IMG/VR virus record: IMGVR_UViG_3300021373_002523
Span: 87,784 to 151,783 of that record
Direction: 5' to 3' (one strand)
DNA from: a virus
Length of the DNA: 64,000 bases
Below the pieces are notes generated by a model, which saw nothing but the letters and a program-made list of their open reading frames with translations, made no database searches and had not been told where the DNA came from. Both the position numbers and the translations under genes were made by a program. This document shows, piece after piece, positions 35,898 to 47,800 of this stretch (within the stretch, counting starts at the first letter, position 1; every line of letters begins with the position of its first letter).

Positions 35898-37115
35898 TTA
35901 TTTAAATGTATAATTTAATCCAAATGTAGACTGATATAATTTACTATCCCACATTTTACTGAATTCACCTTCAACGAACACACCAAGATTTTTACCAACC
36001 TTCCAACCAAAACTAGCTCCAAATGAATAATCATCCCACTGCTCTAATTCTGCATCTTGAACTAAACCACCTTTACCCCAATTATTTCTATTTAAGTAAC
36101 TTACTTCTTCATCACCCATAACATATTTATGATATGGTAAAATATAATTACCATAAGCATGCAGCCAAAAGTTATTTTTATAATGATAAAAATCAAAACC
36201 TATAATTGGTGCAATTTCACCGAACCTATCTAACTGACTCCATATTTCATTATTATATCTGTTCATTAAACTAGGAAAGATAGTTTCTCTAAAATCTAAA
36301 TCTGAATGAGCAACCTCAACTCCATTTGAATCAATCCAATACCAATCTTGTTTGGTTATTTCTTCACCAGTATACGGATCTGTACTAGTTTCTTCATAAA
36401 AGATATCTTGATATCCATAATCATATCCTAAAGTATACCATGGGTTAGATGGATATTCTTGGCCATCTATAATTTCTGTTTCATTTAACCAAATTTCTAC
36501 AGGATTATAACCATAGGCTCTCTCGTGAGTTCTGAATACAGCACCTGCTGATATTGAAAATTTTTCACCTATAGGTAAGCGGCCTCTTACTTCAGCTGAC
36601 TGATAATTTAAATTGATTCTACCAACTTCTCTACTTTCAGCTTTTACTATATGATATTTACCAGTGTGCTTTAAAAACAATCTATGATTATTAAATTCTC
36701 TACCTTGCCATCTTTCTTTTTCTAAATGAAATTGATATTCAAATCCATTTACAGCAGATGTAGGTGCAGTAAATGCTAATTGTTGTTCTGTACCATCATA
36801 ATAGTTTCTAGGCTTTCTTTCATAACCAAATCTTGCTAGCTTTCTTATTCCAAAACCATACCTATAATCAAAAGGAAATGATGGTGTATTATCTACAACA
36901 TCAGGTATAGAATATATTGAACCGTCTTGGTTGGTTCTAACAAAATAAGAAGGTGTTGATGCTTCTACAGAATTTCTAATTTCTCCTGAACCATATACCG
37001 TACCATACTTTAAAAAATCTTGGTACATTTTATTAAAAAATGAATCATTTTGAGCATTCACATTAGATGGTACTAACATTACTAATGTAATTATTATGCT
37101 AAATAAGTATTTCAT
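35898..37115 (-). CDS. Putative outer-membrane beta-barrel protein
   Basis: Sec signal MKYLFSIIITLVMLVPSNVNA|Q; aromatic/Gly-rich amphipathic strands; C-terminal STFGLNYTFK beta-signal-like end. Confidence 0.7.
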   Translation of the reverse strand: MKYLFSIIITLVMLVPSNVNAQNDSFFNKMYQDFLKYGTVYGSGEIRNSVEASTPSYFVRTNQDGSIYSIPDVVDNTPSFPFDYRYGFGIRKLARFGYERKPRNYYDGTEQQLAFTAPTSAVNGFEYQFHLEKERWQGREFNNHRLFLKHTGKYHIVKAESREVGRINLNYQSAEVRGRLPIGEKFSISAGAVFRTHERAYGYNPVEIWLNETEIIDGQEYPSNPWYTLGYDYGYQDIFYEETSTDPYTGEEITKQDWYWIDSNGVEVAHSDLDFRETIFPSLMNRYNNEIWSQLDRFGEIAPIIGFDFYHYKNNFWLHAYGNYILPYHKYVMGDEEVSYLNRNNWGKGGLVQDAELEQWDDYSFGASFGWKVGKNLGVFVEGEFSKMWDSKLYQSTFGLNYTFK

Positions 37116-37184
37116 ATAACTAAAGCTATTTTTAATATTTATTTTAAATAGGTAAGATTTTTTAAGTAAATTATCTTAATAAAC

Positions 37185-37210
37185 AAAAAAGATCGGAAAA
37201 TCCGATCTTA
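37185..37210 (-). terminator. Rho-independent terminator
   Basis: Minus strand AAGATCGGA-TTT-TCCGATCTT-TTTTGTTT. Confidence 0.8.
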
Positions 37211-37234
37211 ATTAATACTAAAGTTATTATATTT

Positions 37235-37516
37235 TTATTCTTTAAGTTTTTTAATCCACTTAATAGACTCTTTACATAATTCAAATTCTTCCGATTCTTC
37301 ACACCTAACTAGGTTAGTCTCTAAAGCTTCTAAATAACCTTCCTTATCTACACTTAAATCTAAATCCAATGTAGCTAATACTCCTATAACTACTTTATCT
37401 ACATTATTTTCTAAAGCTTTAATTACACCCTTTGTGACTTCAACTGAAACTTCGTGAGCTCTCGCCGCTGCTTCAATTTCAAGTTCTTCTAAATTTTCTG
37501 CATTAAATTCTAACAT
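37235..37516 (-). CDS. Hypothetical protein with a C-terminal UVR-like motif
   Basis: ESEEFELCKESIKWIKKL. Confidence 0.55.
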   Translation of the reverse strand: MLEFNAENLEELEIEAAARAHEVSVEVTKGVIKALENNVDKVVIGVLATLDLDLSVDKEGYLEALETNLVRCEESEEFELCKESIKWIKKLKE

Positions 37517-37851
37517 TCTTTTAAACCTTTTTTAATTTCATTACAAACATGACACTTTTCATATTCTTCGTCTAGGAGAAAAACATCAATCATATTATCC
37601 AACATAGTGTTAACTTGACTTATACTTAGTACTTTTGTTTTAATTAAACTATTAACTGCTAAAATTGAATCAGATATATTTAAGCTTTCAAAATCATTAT
37701 AAAATTTATTAGCTTGTTCTCTTGCCCATATTTCTTGATCTTCTTTCATATCTGACATTGCATGTAGTTTTGCGATTTCATCCATTTCAATACCGTGATC
37801 ATTAGGATTGAATCCATCATCAGGATTTTGATTTAACCAATCGTCTATCAT
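37510..37851 (-). CDS. Hypothetical protein with a C-terminal UVR-like motif
   Basis: FLLDEEYEKCHVCNEIKK. Confidence 0.55.
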   Translation of the reverse strand: MIDDWLNQNPDDGFNPNDHGIEMDEIAKLHAMSDMKEDQEIWAREQANKFYNDFESLNISDSILAVNSLIKTKVLSISQVNTMLDNMIDVFLLDEEYEKCHVCNEIKKGLKEC

Positions 37852-37924
37852 ATTTGTTATTTTTATTATTTATTTAATTAAAATATAACAAAAAAGCAAG
37901 GGAGTTGAAAGATATAATAAAAGA

Positions 37925-38254
37925 TTATTTAAAATATTTTAAAAGACCAATAACAGTAGCAGTTATTAATTGAACAACAGCCCAGACAGTGATAGCCTGT
38001 GTTTTAAAGGTTTTTAGATCAGCTACATCTTTAATTGTAGTATTTAATTGGCTTGGGGAAGCAACCTCATCTACGGCTTGTTTCCATTTCCATAATTCTT
38101 TGGCAAAATCTTCTTTAACTTTAAGCTCTGCTATTTCTCTTTTAAGATCTTGTATTTCACCATTAAGATTAGTGATACCATCATTAAGTCTTTCCAATTC
38201 TGCGATTACGAGTTTAGAATATTCATTCCAACCATTTTGTTCTCCGTTAGCCAT
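37925..38254 (-). CDS. Coiled-coil protein with a C-terminal TM helix
   Basis: Heptad region followed by AITVWAVVQLITATVIGLL. Confidence 0.6.
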   Translation of the reverse strand: MANGEQNGWNEYSKLVIAELERLNDGITNLNGEIQDLKREIAELKVKEDFAKELWKWKQAVDEVASPSQLNTTIKDVADLKTFKTQAITVWAVVQLITATVIGLLKYFK

Positions 38255-38432
38255 TTTTAAGAATTTGTTTAATCTTTTTAATTTTTACCGTATCGCATTT
38301 AATCCTTTTATCTTCTAGGACTGACTTAATACTTTTAAGATGGTTCTTAATATCAACATCACGATCAGTTAAGTTATTAACTAATTCTTTAAGATCATTT
38401 ATACATGACGGTTTTGACGTTAGAGAATCCAT
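38247..38432 (-). CDS. Hypothetical protein
   Basis: 61-aa ORF overlapping the next start. Confidence 0.5.
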   Translation of the reverse strand: MDSLTSKPSCINDLKELVNNLTDRDVDIKNHLKSIKSVLEDKRIKCDTVKIKKIKQILKNG

Positions 38433-38444
38433 CTTTATTTTATT

Positions 38445-38603
38445 TTATTTTTTATTTATTCTTTTTACGACATGAGAAGGTTGTTCATTTTGGGCCTGTT
38501 TCCATACTCTTCTTACTGTATTTCTAGCACGACCTAGCATATTTCTATCTTTCTCTTCTCTTATTTGTTGATTAGTTCTAGTTTGTCCACAACCACATCC
38601 CAT
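38445..38603 (-). CDS. Small basic protein starting MGCGCG (52 aa)
   Basis: Not in the ORF track. MGCGCGQTRTNQQIREEKDRNMLGRARNTVRRVWKQAQNEQPSHVVKRINKK; starts 2 nt after the upstream stop. Confidence 0.65.
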   Translation of the reverse strand: MGCGCGQTRTNQQIREEKDRNMLGRARNTVRRVWKQAQNEQPSHVVKRINKK

Positions 38604-38605
38604 AA

Positions 38606-38809
38606 TTACCATTTATTTTTAGGACAACTTTCTGTTGACCATTTTGCTTTCTTTTTTAAATAGCATCCACAAATGCAACACTTATTCCCGCATTTATCGG
38701 AGCATTGATTACATATTGATATTCTATTATTATATTTATCAGATGTAACCTGATCTCCCCAAATAATGTATTTAAAAAGGGCTATTATAAACCTAATGAT
38801 TGTTTTCAT
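38606..38809 (-). CDS. Small Cys-rich, probably zinc-binding protein
   Basis: RISICNQC...C.ICGCYL..K......CPKNKW pattern. Confidence 0.7.
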   Translation of the reverse strand: MKTIIRFIIALFKYIIWGDQVTSDKYNNRISICNQCSDKCGNKCCICGCYLKKKAKWSTESCPKNKW

Positions 38810-38821
38810 TTATGTTTTGTT

Positions 38822-41800
38822 TTAGAATGTATCGTTAGTTTGAGCTGCTCCATAGTTTAATGCCATTTGTTGAACAATTCCTTTCTCATTATCCTTAATC
38901 TCTAACTGTACTACAATCATATCACATTGTTCAATACCAGTTGGATCTATTTCTACTTCACAACAAAAAGCAGCTTTGGAAAGAGGATTAAAACCACTCA
39001 TGTCCCAATTACAATATGCCGTCCATACCGATGTAACCTCTTTCGTAAAGTCTGTACTTTGCACATCAGAACATGTGTAACCAGTTATAACCCATCTTCC
39101 ATTAAACTTGCCAAATGTACCGGCAGCAGCTGATACTGCAAGAGTTCCACAGAATAGAATCGGTTGAGTAACACCCACTGCTGGATCAATCATATACTTA
39201 TGGGATCTTGAAACAACCCATGCTGGTGTTTTTATAAATGAGTTATTGTCAACCCAGATAGAATCTCCATCTGCTATATCTCCTTGGTATGTACCAACAC
39301 CAGCATCTTGTATAAAAGCTGATTGTGTAAACATTGTGTCTTTATACACTGCACCTACCGCACTACCCTGAGCACCAGTTCCACCTTGCCCACCAACGGC
39401 TCCTTGAGTACCAGTTGCACCTTGTACACCTATTTTACCTTGATTACCAACTGCTCCTTGATTACCTGCTGCACCTTGTGTTCCTGTTGCACCTTGTACA
39501 CCAACGGTACCTTGTTCTCCGATAGCACCTTGAGAACCTGTAGCTCCTTGATTACCTACAGCACCTTGTGTTCCTGTGGCTCCTTGTTCACCGCCTGCAC
39601 CAGTAGCACCTTGCCCACCGTCTGGGCCACTATTACCTTGTTGACCTACAGCACCAGTCGCGCCTTGGAATCCAGTTGCACCTTGGAATCCTACTTTACC
39701 TTGAGAACCTGTAGCACCTTGTTCACCAACGGCACCTTGATTACCTACAGCTCCTTGATTACCTACTGCACCAGTTGCACCTTGTTTACCTACTGCACCT
39801 TGCGTTCCAGTAGCACCCTGTTTTCCTACAGCACCTTGATTACCTATTGCACCTGTTGCACCTTGTAAACCTATTGCACCTTGATTACCTACTGCTCCTT
39901 GTGTTCCTGTGGCTCCTTGTTCACCAACAGCTCCTTGATTACCTACAGCTCCTTGATTACCTACTGCACCAGTTGCACCTTGTTTACCAACGGCTCCTTG
40001 ATTACCTACTGCACCTTGTGTTCCAGTAGCACCTTGTTCACCAACAGCTCCTTGATTACCTACAGCTCCTTGTGTTCCAGTAGCACCTTGTTTTCCTGTT
40101 GCACCTTGATTACCTATTGCACCAGTTGCACCTTGTAAACCTACTGCTCCTTGATTACCAACAGCACCCTGAGTTCCTGTTGCTCCTTGTTCACCAACTG
40201 CGCCTTGATTACCTACTGCTCCTTGATTACCAACAGCACCAGTTGCACCTTGTTTACCTACTGCACCTTGTGTTCCAGTAGCACCTTGTTTTCCTACAGC
40301 TCCTTGATTACCTATTGCACCTGTTGCACCTTGTAAACCTACAGCTCCTTGTTCACCAACAGCTCCTTGGTTACCTGCTGCACCTTGTGTTCCTGTTGCA
40401 CCTTGTTTACCAACAGCACCTTGATTACCAACTGCCCCTGTTGCACCTTGTAAACCAACTGCACCTTGATTACCTGCTGCACCTTGATTACCTGCTGCAC
40501 CTTGATTACCTACTGCACCGGTTGCACCCTGACTTCCTGTTGCTCCTTGATTACCAACTTTACCTTGAGATCCTGTAGCACCTTGTTCACCAACAGCTCC
40601 TTGATTACCTGCTGCACCTTGATTACCTACTGCACCGGTTGCGCCTTGTTTACCAACGGCTCCTTGATTACCAACAGCACCCTGAGTTCCTGTTGCACCT
40701 TGTAAACCTATTGCACCTTGATTACCTACTGCTCCTTGTGTTCCAGTAGCACCTTGTTTTCCTGTTGCACCTTGATTACCTATTGCACCTGTTGCACCTT
40801 GTAAACCTACAGCTCCTTGATTACCTGCTGCACCTTGATTACCTGCTGCACCTTGTGTTCCTGTTGCGCCTTGTTTACCAACAGCACCCTGATTACCTAC
40901 AGCACCTGTTGCACCTTGTAAACCTACAGCTCCTTGATTACCAACAGCTCCTTGGTTACCTGCTGCACCTTGTGTTCCAGTAGCACCTTGTTTACCAACG
41001 GCACCCTGATTACCTACAGCACCTGTTGCACCTTGTAAACCTACAGCTCCTTGATTACCTGCTGCACCTTGATTACCGACAGCACCTTGTTGTCCGACTG
41101 CCCCGGTTGCTCCTTGAGAACCTGTAGCACCCTGTTCTCCAACGGCTCCTTGATTACCAACGGCTCCTTGATTACCTGCTGCACCTTGTGTTCCTGTGGC
41201 TCCTTGTTCACCAACAGCTCCTTGATTACCTGCTGCTCCTTGATTACCTACAGCACCAGTTGCACCTTGGCTTCCTGTTGCACCCTGTTGCCCAACAGCT
41301 CCTTGATTACCTACTGCGCCTTGATTACCAACAGCACCTTGTATACCTGTGGCTCCTTGAGATCCTGTAGCACCTTGTTCGCCAACTGCACCTTGATTAC
41401 CTACTGCTCCTTGATTACCTGCGGCTCCTTGTGTTCCTGTTGCACCTTGTTCACCAACTGCACCTTGATTACCAACTGCACCTTGATTACCTACGGCGCC
41501 TGTTGCTCCTTGAGAACCTGTAGCACCCTGCTCACCAACGGCTCCTTGATTACCAACGGCTCCTTGATTACCTGCGGCTCCTTGTGTTCCTGTTGCACCT
41601 TGTTCACCAACAGCTCCTTGATTACCTGCTGCACCTTGATTACCTACAGCACCAGTGGCTCCTTGAGAACCTGTAGCACCTTGGAATCCTACTTTACCTT
41701 GAGAACCTGTTGCTCCTTGTAAACCTACAGCTCCTTGGTTACCTGCTGCGCCTTGATTACCAACTGCTCCTTGAGTTCCAGTTGAACCAATATTACCTTG

Positions 41801-44800
41801 ATTACCAACTGCACCTGTTGCACCTTGGCTTCCTGTTGCACCTTGTTCACCAACAGCTCCTTGATTACCTGCTGCACCTTGATTACCTACTGCACCTTGT
41901 ATACCTGTGGCTCCCTGAGATCCTGTAGCACCTTGTTCGCCAATTGCACCTTGATTACCAACGGCTCCTGTTGCACCTTGTAAACCAACAGCTCCTTGAT
42001 TACCAACTGCACCTTGAGTTCCAGTTGCACCAATATTACCTTGATTACCAACGGCTCCTTGGTTACCTACTGCGCCTTGTGTTCCTGTTGCACCTTGTTC
42101 TCCAACTGCTCCTTGATTACCAACAGCTCCTGTTGCACCCTGAGATCCAGTAGCGCCTTGTTCTCCAATTGCCCCTTGAATTCCTGTAGCACCTTGTAAG
42201 CCTACAGCTCCTTGATTACCAACAGCACCCTGAGCTCCTGTTGCACCTTGTTCTCCGATAGCACCTTGATTACCTACTGCTCCTTGATTACCTACAGCTC
42301 CAGTTGCACCTTGGCTTCCTGTTGCACCTTGATTACCTACTGCTCCTTGATTACCTACAGCTCCAGTCGCACCTTGTTTACCAACAGCTCCTTGACTTCC
42401 TGTTGCTCCTTGTTCACCAACAGCACCTTGTTCTCCGACAGCACCTTGATTACCTACAGCTCCTTGATTACCTACAGCACCAGTTGCTCCTTGAGATCCT
42501 GTTGCGCCTTGTTCCCCAATTGCTCCTTGATTACCTGCTGCACCTTGTGTTCCTGTGGCTCCTTGTTCACCAACAGCTCCTTGATTACCAACTGCACCTG
42601 TAGCTCCTTGAGAACCAGTTGCTCCTTGGAACCCTACTTTACCTTGAGAACCTGTAGCACCCTGTTCACCAACTGCACCTTGATTACCTACAGCACCTTG
42701 ATTACCTACAGCACCAGTTGCCCCTTGAGAACCAGTTGCTCCTTGATTACCTACTGCACCCTGAGTTCCTGTTGCACCTTGTTGACCAACAGCACCTGTT
42801 GCTCCTTGGCTTCCTGTTGCACCTTGTTCACCAACAGCACCCTGATTACCAATAGCTCCTTGATTACCAACTGCACCTGTAGCTCCTTGAGAACCAGTTG
42901 CTCCTTGATTACCTACTTTACCTTGAGAACCTGTTGCTCCTTGATTACCTATTTTACCTTGACTTCCTGTTGCACCTTGTACACCGACCGGTCCTTGATC
43001 ACCAACTGCACCTTGATTACCAACTGCTCCCGTTGCTCCTTGAGAACCGGTTGCACCTTGTACACCGACTGGTCCTTGATCACCAACTGCACCTTGATTA
43101 CCTGCTGCTCCTTGTGTTCCTGTTGCACCTTGTACACCGACTGGTCCTTGATCACCAACAACACCAGTTGCTCCTTGTGAACCAGTTGCTCCTTGGTTAC
43201 CCACTGCTCCTTGTAAACCAGTTGCACCTTGTTTGCCAACTGCACCTTGATTACCTACAGCACCTTGGATTCCTGTTGCTCCTTGATCACCAACTTCACC
43301 TTTTGGGCCTGTGGCACCTTGTTGACCTACGGCACCAGTTGCACCCTGAGAACCCGTAGCTCCTTGTTCACCAACAGCACCTTGATTACCAACAGCACCT
43401 TGATTACCTATAGCTCCAGTGGCTCCTTGATCGCCAACTTCACCTTTTGGACCAGTGGCACCTTGTTGTCCTACTGCACCTTGATTACCTACAGCTCCTT
43501 GTATTCCAGTTGCGCCTTGTTTACCAACGGCTCCTTGATTACCAACTGCACCCTGAGTTCCTGTTGCTCCTTGTTCACCAACTGCTCCTTGATTACCTAT
43601 AGCACCTTGATTACCTACAGCTCCGGTTGCTCCTTGGAATCCAGTTGCTCCTTGATTACCTATTTTACCTTGACTTCCTGTTGCACCTTGTTGACCAACA
43701 GCACCAGTTGCTCCTTGATCACCAACTTCACCTTTTGCACCAGTTGAACCTTGACTTCCTGTTGCTCCTTGGCTTCCTGTTGCTCCTTGTTCACCAACTG
43801 CTCCTTGATTACCAACTGCTCCTTGATTACCTATAGCACCAGTTGCACCTTGAGAACCTGTAGCTCCTTGGTTACCTACAGCACCTTGATTACCAACGGC
43901 ACCAGTTGCACCTTGAGATCCTGTAGCACCTTGGCTTCCTGTTGCTCCTTGTTCACCAACTGCTCCTTGATTACCTACTGCTCCTTGATTACCTACAGCA
44001 CCAGTAGCTCCTTGATCACCAACTTCACCTTTTGGACCAGTTGCACCTTGTTGTCCTACTGCTCCTTGATTACCAACTGCTCCTTGAGTACCAGTAGCAC
44101 CTTGTTCTCCAATAGCTCCTTGTAAACCAGTTGCTCCTTGAGAACCTGTAGCTCCTTGATCACCAACTTCACCTTTTGGACCAGTTGCACCTTGTTGTCC
44201 TACTGCTCCTTGATTACCTACAGCTCCTTGATTACCTACAGCTCCTTGTAAACCTGTAGCTCCTTGGCTTCCTGTTGCGCCCTGTTCACCGATAGCTCCT
44301 TGATTACCTACTGCGCCAGTTGCGCCTTGACTTCCAGTTGCTCCTTGAGAACCTGTTGCTCCTTGATTACCAACTGCACCCTGAGTTCCTGTAGCACCTT
44401 GTTGTCCAATTGCACCAGTTGCCCCTTGGAATCCAGTTGCTCCTTGGTCACCAACATCACCTTTTGGTCCTGTAGCACCTTGGCCTCCTGTTGCACCCTG
44501 TTGCCCAACGGCACCTTGTTCTCCGACTGCACCTTGATTACCAACAGCTCCGGTAGCACCTTGGCTTCCCGTTGCTCCTTGATTACCTACAGCTCCTTGT
44601 AAACCTGTCGCGCCTTGAGAGCCAGTAGCACCTTGAGAACCAGTAGCACCTTGACTTCCTGTTGCTCCTTGATTACCTACAGCTCCTTGATTACCTACAG
44701 CTCCGGTTGCACCTTGGAATCCTGTTGCTCCTTGATCACCAATAGCACCTTGATTACCTACAGCACCTTGGCCTCCTGTTGCACCTTGTTGACCTACTGC

Positions 44801-47800
44801 ACCTTGTGTTCCTGTGGCTCCTTGTTCACCAACAGCACCTTGATTACCTACAGCTCCAGTAGCTCCTTGGAATCCAGTTGCTCCTTGGTCACCAACATCA
44901 CCTTTTGGTCCAGTTGCACCTTGCCCTCCTGTTGCTCCTTGGCTTCCTGTTGCTCCTTGAGTACCAGTAGCACCCTGTTCTCCAATAGCACCCTGATTAC
45001 CAACAGCTCCTTGAATTCCTGTTGCACCTTGTTGACCAATAGCACCTTGATTACCAACGGCACCAGTAGCTCCTTGGGATCCTGTTGCTCCTTGATTACC
45101 TACAGCTCCTTGGGTTCCTGTTGCTCCTTGTTGACCAACTGCTCCGGTGGCCCCTTGAGAACCTGTAGCTCCTTGATCACCAACTTCACCTTTTGGACCA
45201 GTGGCACCTTGTTGACCTACGGCACCAGTTGAACCTTGACTTCCTGTTGCACCCTGTTCACCAACAGCACCTTGTATACCTGTCGCTCCCTGAGAACCTG
45301 TAGCTCCTTGAGAACCTGTAGCTCCTTGATCACCAACTTCACCTTTTGGGCCAGTGGCACCCTGTTGACCAACAGCTCCAGTAGCACCTTGACTTCCTGT
45401 TGCTCCTTGATTACCTACAGCACCTTGTAAACCTGTCGCACCTTGTGAACCGGTAGCACCTTGATTACCTATTGCACCTTGATTACCTACAGCACCTGTT
45501 GCTCCTTGAGAACCAGTTGCTCCTTGGTTACCAACTGCACCTTGATTACCTACAGCACCAGTTGCTCCTTGGCTTCCTGTTGCACCTTGTTCACCAACTG
45601 CGCCTTGTTCACCAACTGCGCCTTGTTCACCAACTGCGCCTTGATTACCTACAGCACCGGTTGCTCCTTGAGAACCTGTAGCTCCTTGAGAACCTGTGGC
45701 ACCTTGTTCACCAACTGCACCTTGGCTTCCTGTTGCTCCTTGTTGGCCTACGGCACCAGTAGCTCCTTGGCTTCCTGTTGCACCTTGTTCACCAACAGCA
45801 CCTTGTTCTCCAACTGCACCTTGATTACCTACAGCGCCTTGTATTCCTGTAGCACCTTGTTCACCAACTGCACCTTGGCTTCCTGTTGCTCCTTGATTAC
45901 CAACAGCCCCAGTTGCTCCTTGAGATCCAGTAGCTCCTTGGGATCCTGTTGCTCCTTGATTACCTATATTACCTTGTGTACCTGTTGCCCCTTGTTGACC
46001 TACGGCACCAGTAGCCCCTTGAGAACCTGTAGCTCCTTGTTCACCAACAGCACCTTGTTCACCAACTGCTCCTTGTGTTCCAGTTGAACCTTGTAAACCA
46101 GTTGCACCTTGATTACCAACAGCTCCAGTTGCTCCTTGAGATCCAGTAGCACCTTGAGAACCTGTGGCACCTTGTTCACCGACTGCACCCTGAGTTCCTG
46201 TTGCTCCTTGTTGACCTACGGCACCAGTAGCTCCTTGGCTTCCTGTTGCACCCTGTTCACCAACAGCACCTTGTTCACCAACTGCACCTTGTGTTCCAGT
46301 TGAACCTTGTAAACCAGTTGCACCTTGAGATCCAGTAGCTCCTTGTTCACCAACTGCACCTTGTATTCCTGTAGCACCTTGTTCACCAACTGCACCTTGT
46401 TCACCAACTGCACCCTGAGTTCCTGTTGCTCCTTGTTGACCTACGGCACCAGTAGCTCCTTGAGAACCTGTAGCTCCTTGAGATCCTGTAGAACCTTGTT
46501 CACCAACAGCACCCTGAGTTCCTGTTGCCCCTTGTTGGCCAACAGCACCTGTTGCTCCTTGGCTTCCTGTTGCACCTTGTTCACCAACAGCACCTTGTTC
46601 ACCAACTGCTCCTTGATTACCAACAGCACCAGTTGCACCTTGTTCACCAACTGCTCCTTGTTCACCGACTGCACCCTGAGTTCCTGTTGCTCCTTGTTGA
46701 CCTACGGCACCAGTTGCACCTTGTTCACCAACTGCTCCTTGTTCACCGACTGCACCCTGAGTTCCTGTTGCTCCTTGTTGACCTACGGCACCAGTAGCTC
46801 CTTGACTTCCTGTAGCACCCTGTTCACCAATACCACCTTGTTCGCCAACTGCACCCTGAGTTCCTGTGGCTCCTTGTTCACCAACTGCGCCTTGTTCACC
46901 AACAGCACCTTGTAAACCGGTTGCACCTTGGCTTCCTGTGGCTCCTTGTTCTCCGACAGCACCTTGATTACCTACAGCGCCTGTTGCACCTTGTTCTCCA
47001 ACTGCACCTTGATTACCAACAGCTCCTTGAGTTCCTGTTGCACCTTGTTGACCAATAGCACCTTGATTACCAACAGCTCCGGTTGCTCCTTGGGAACCTG
47101 TAGCACCTTGTTCACCAACAGCACCTTGTTCTCCGACAGCTCCTTGTTCACCAATCGCGCCTTGTAAACCTGTAGCTCCTTGACTTCCGGTTGCACCCTG
47201 ATTACCAACAGCACCTTGTTCACCTACAGCTCCAGTTGCACCTTGAGAACCAGTTGCTCCTTGATTACCTATATTACCTTGTGTTCCTGTAGCACCCTGT
47301 TCTCCAACTGCACCTTGATTACCTATTGCACCTTGATTACCTACAGCACCAGTTGCACCTTGACTTCCAGTAGCACCTTGTTCACCAACAGCTCCTTGTT
47401 CACCAACAGCTCCTTGTCCGCCAGTTGCTCCTTGTTGACCAACGGCACCTTGATTACCTACAGCTCCAGTAGCACCTTGGCTTCCCGTTGCTCCTTGATT
47501 ACCTACATTACCTTGTGTTCCTGTTGCTCCTTGTTGACCAACTGCTCCGGTTGCTCCTTGTTCACCAACAGCACCTTGTTCACCAACAGCACCTTGTAAA
47601 CCTGTTGCGCCTTGAGATCCTGTTGCGCCTTGAGTTCCTGTTGCACCTTGTTCTCCAATAGCACCCTGAGTCCCGGTAGCACCTTGTTGACCAATTGCAC
47701 CAGTTGCACCTTGGCTTCCAGTAGCACCTTGGCTTCCTGTTGCTCCTTGTTCTCCAACTGCGCCCTGTTCTCCAACTGCACCTTGTATTCCTGTGGCTCC

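Noticed and set aside
11707-38318. Plus-strand ORFs antisense to uvsX, gp43, nrdA, pglE and others
   Set aside because: They lie wholly opposite well-supported genes and have no recognisable motifs.
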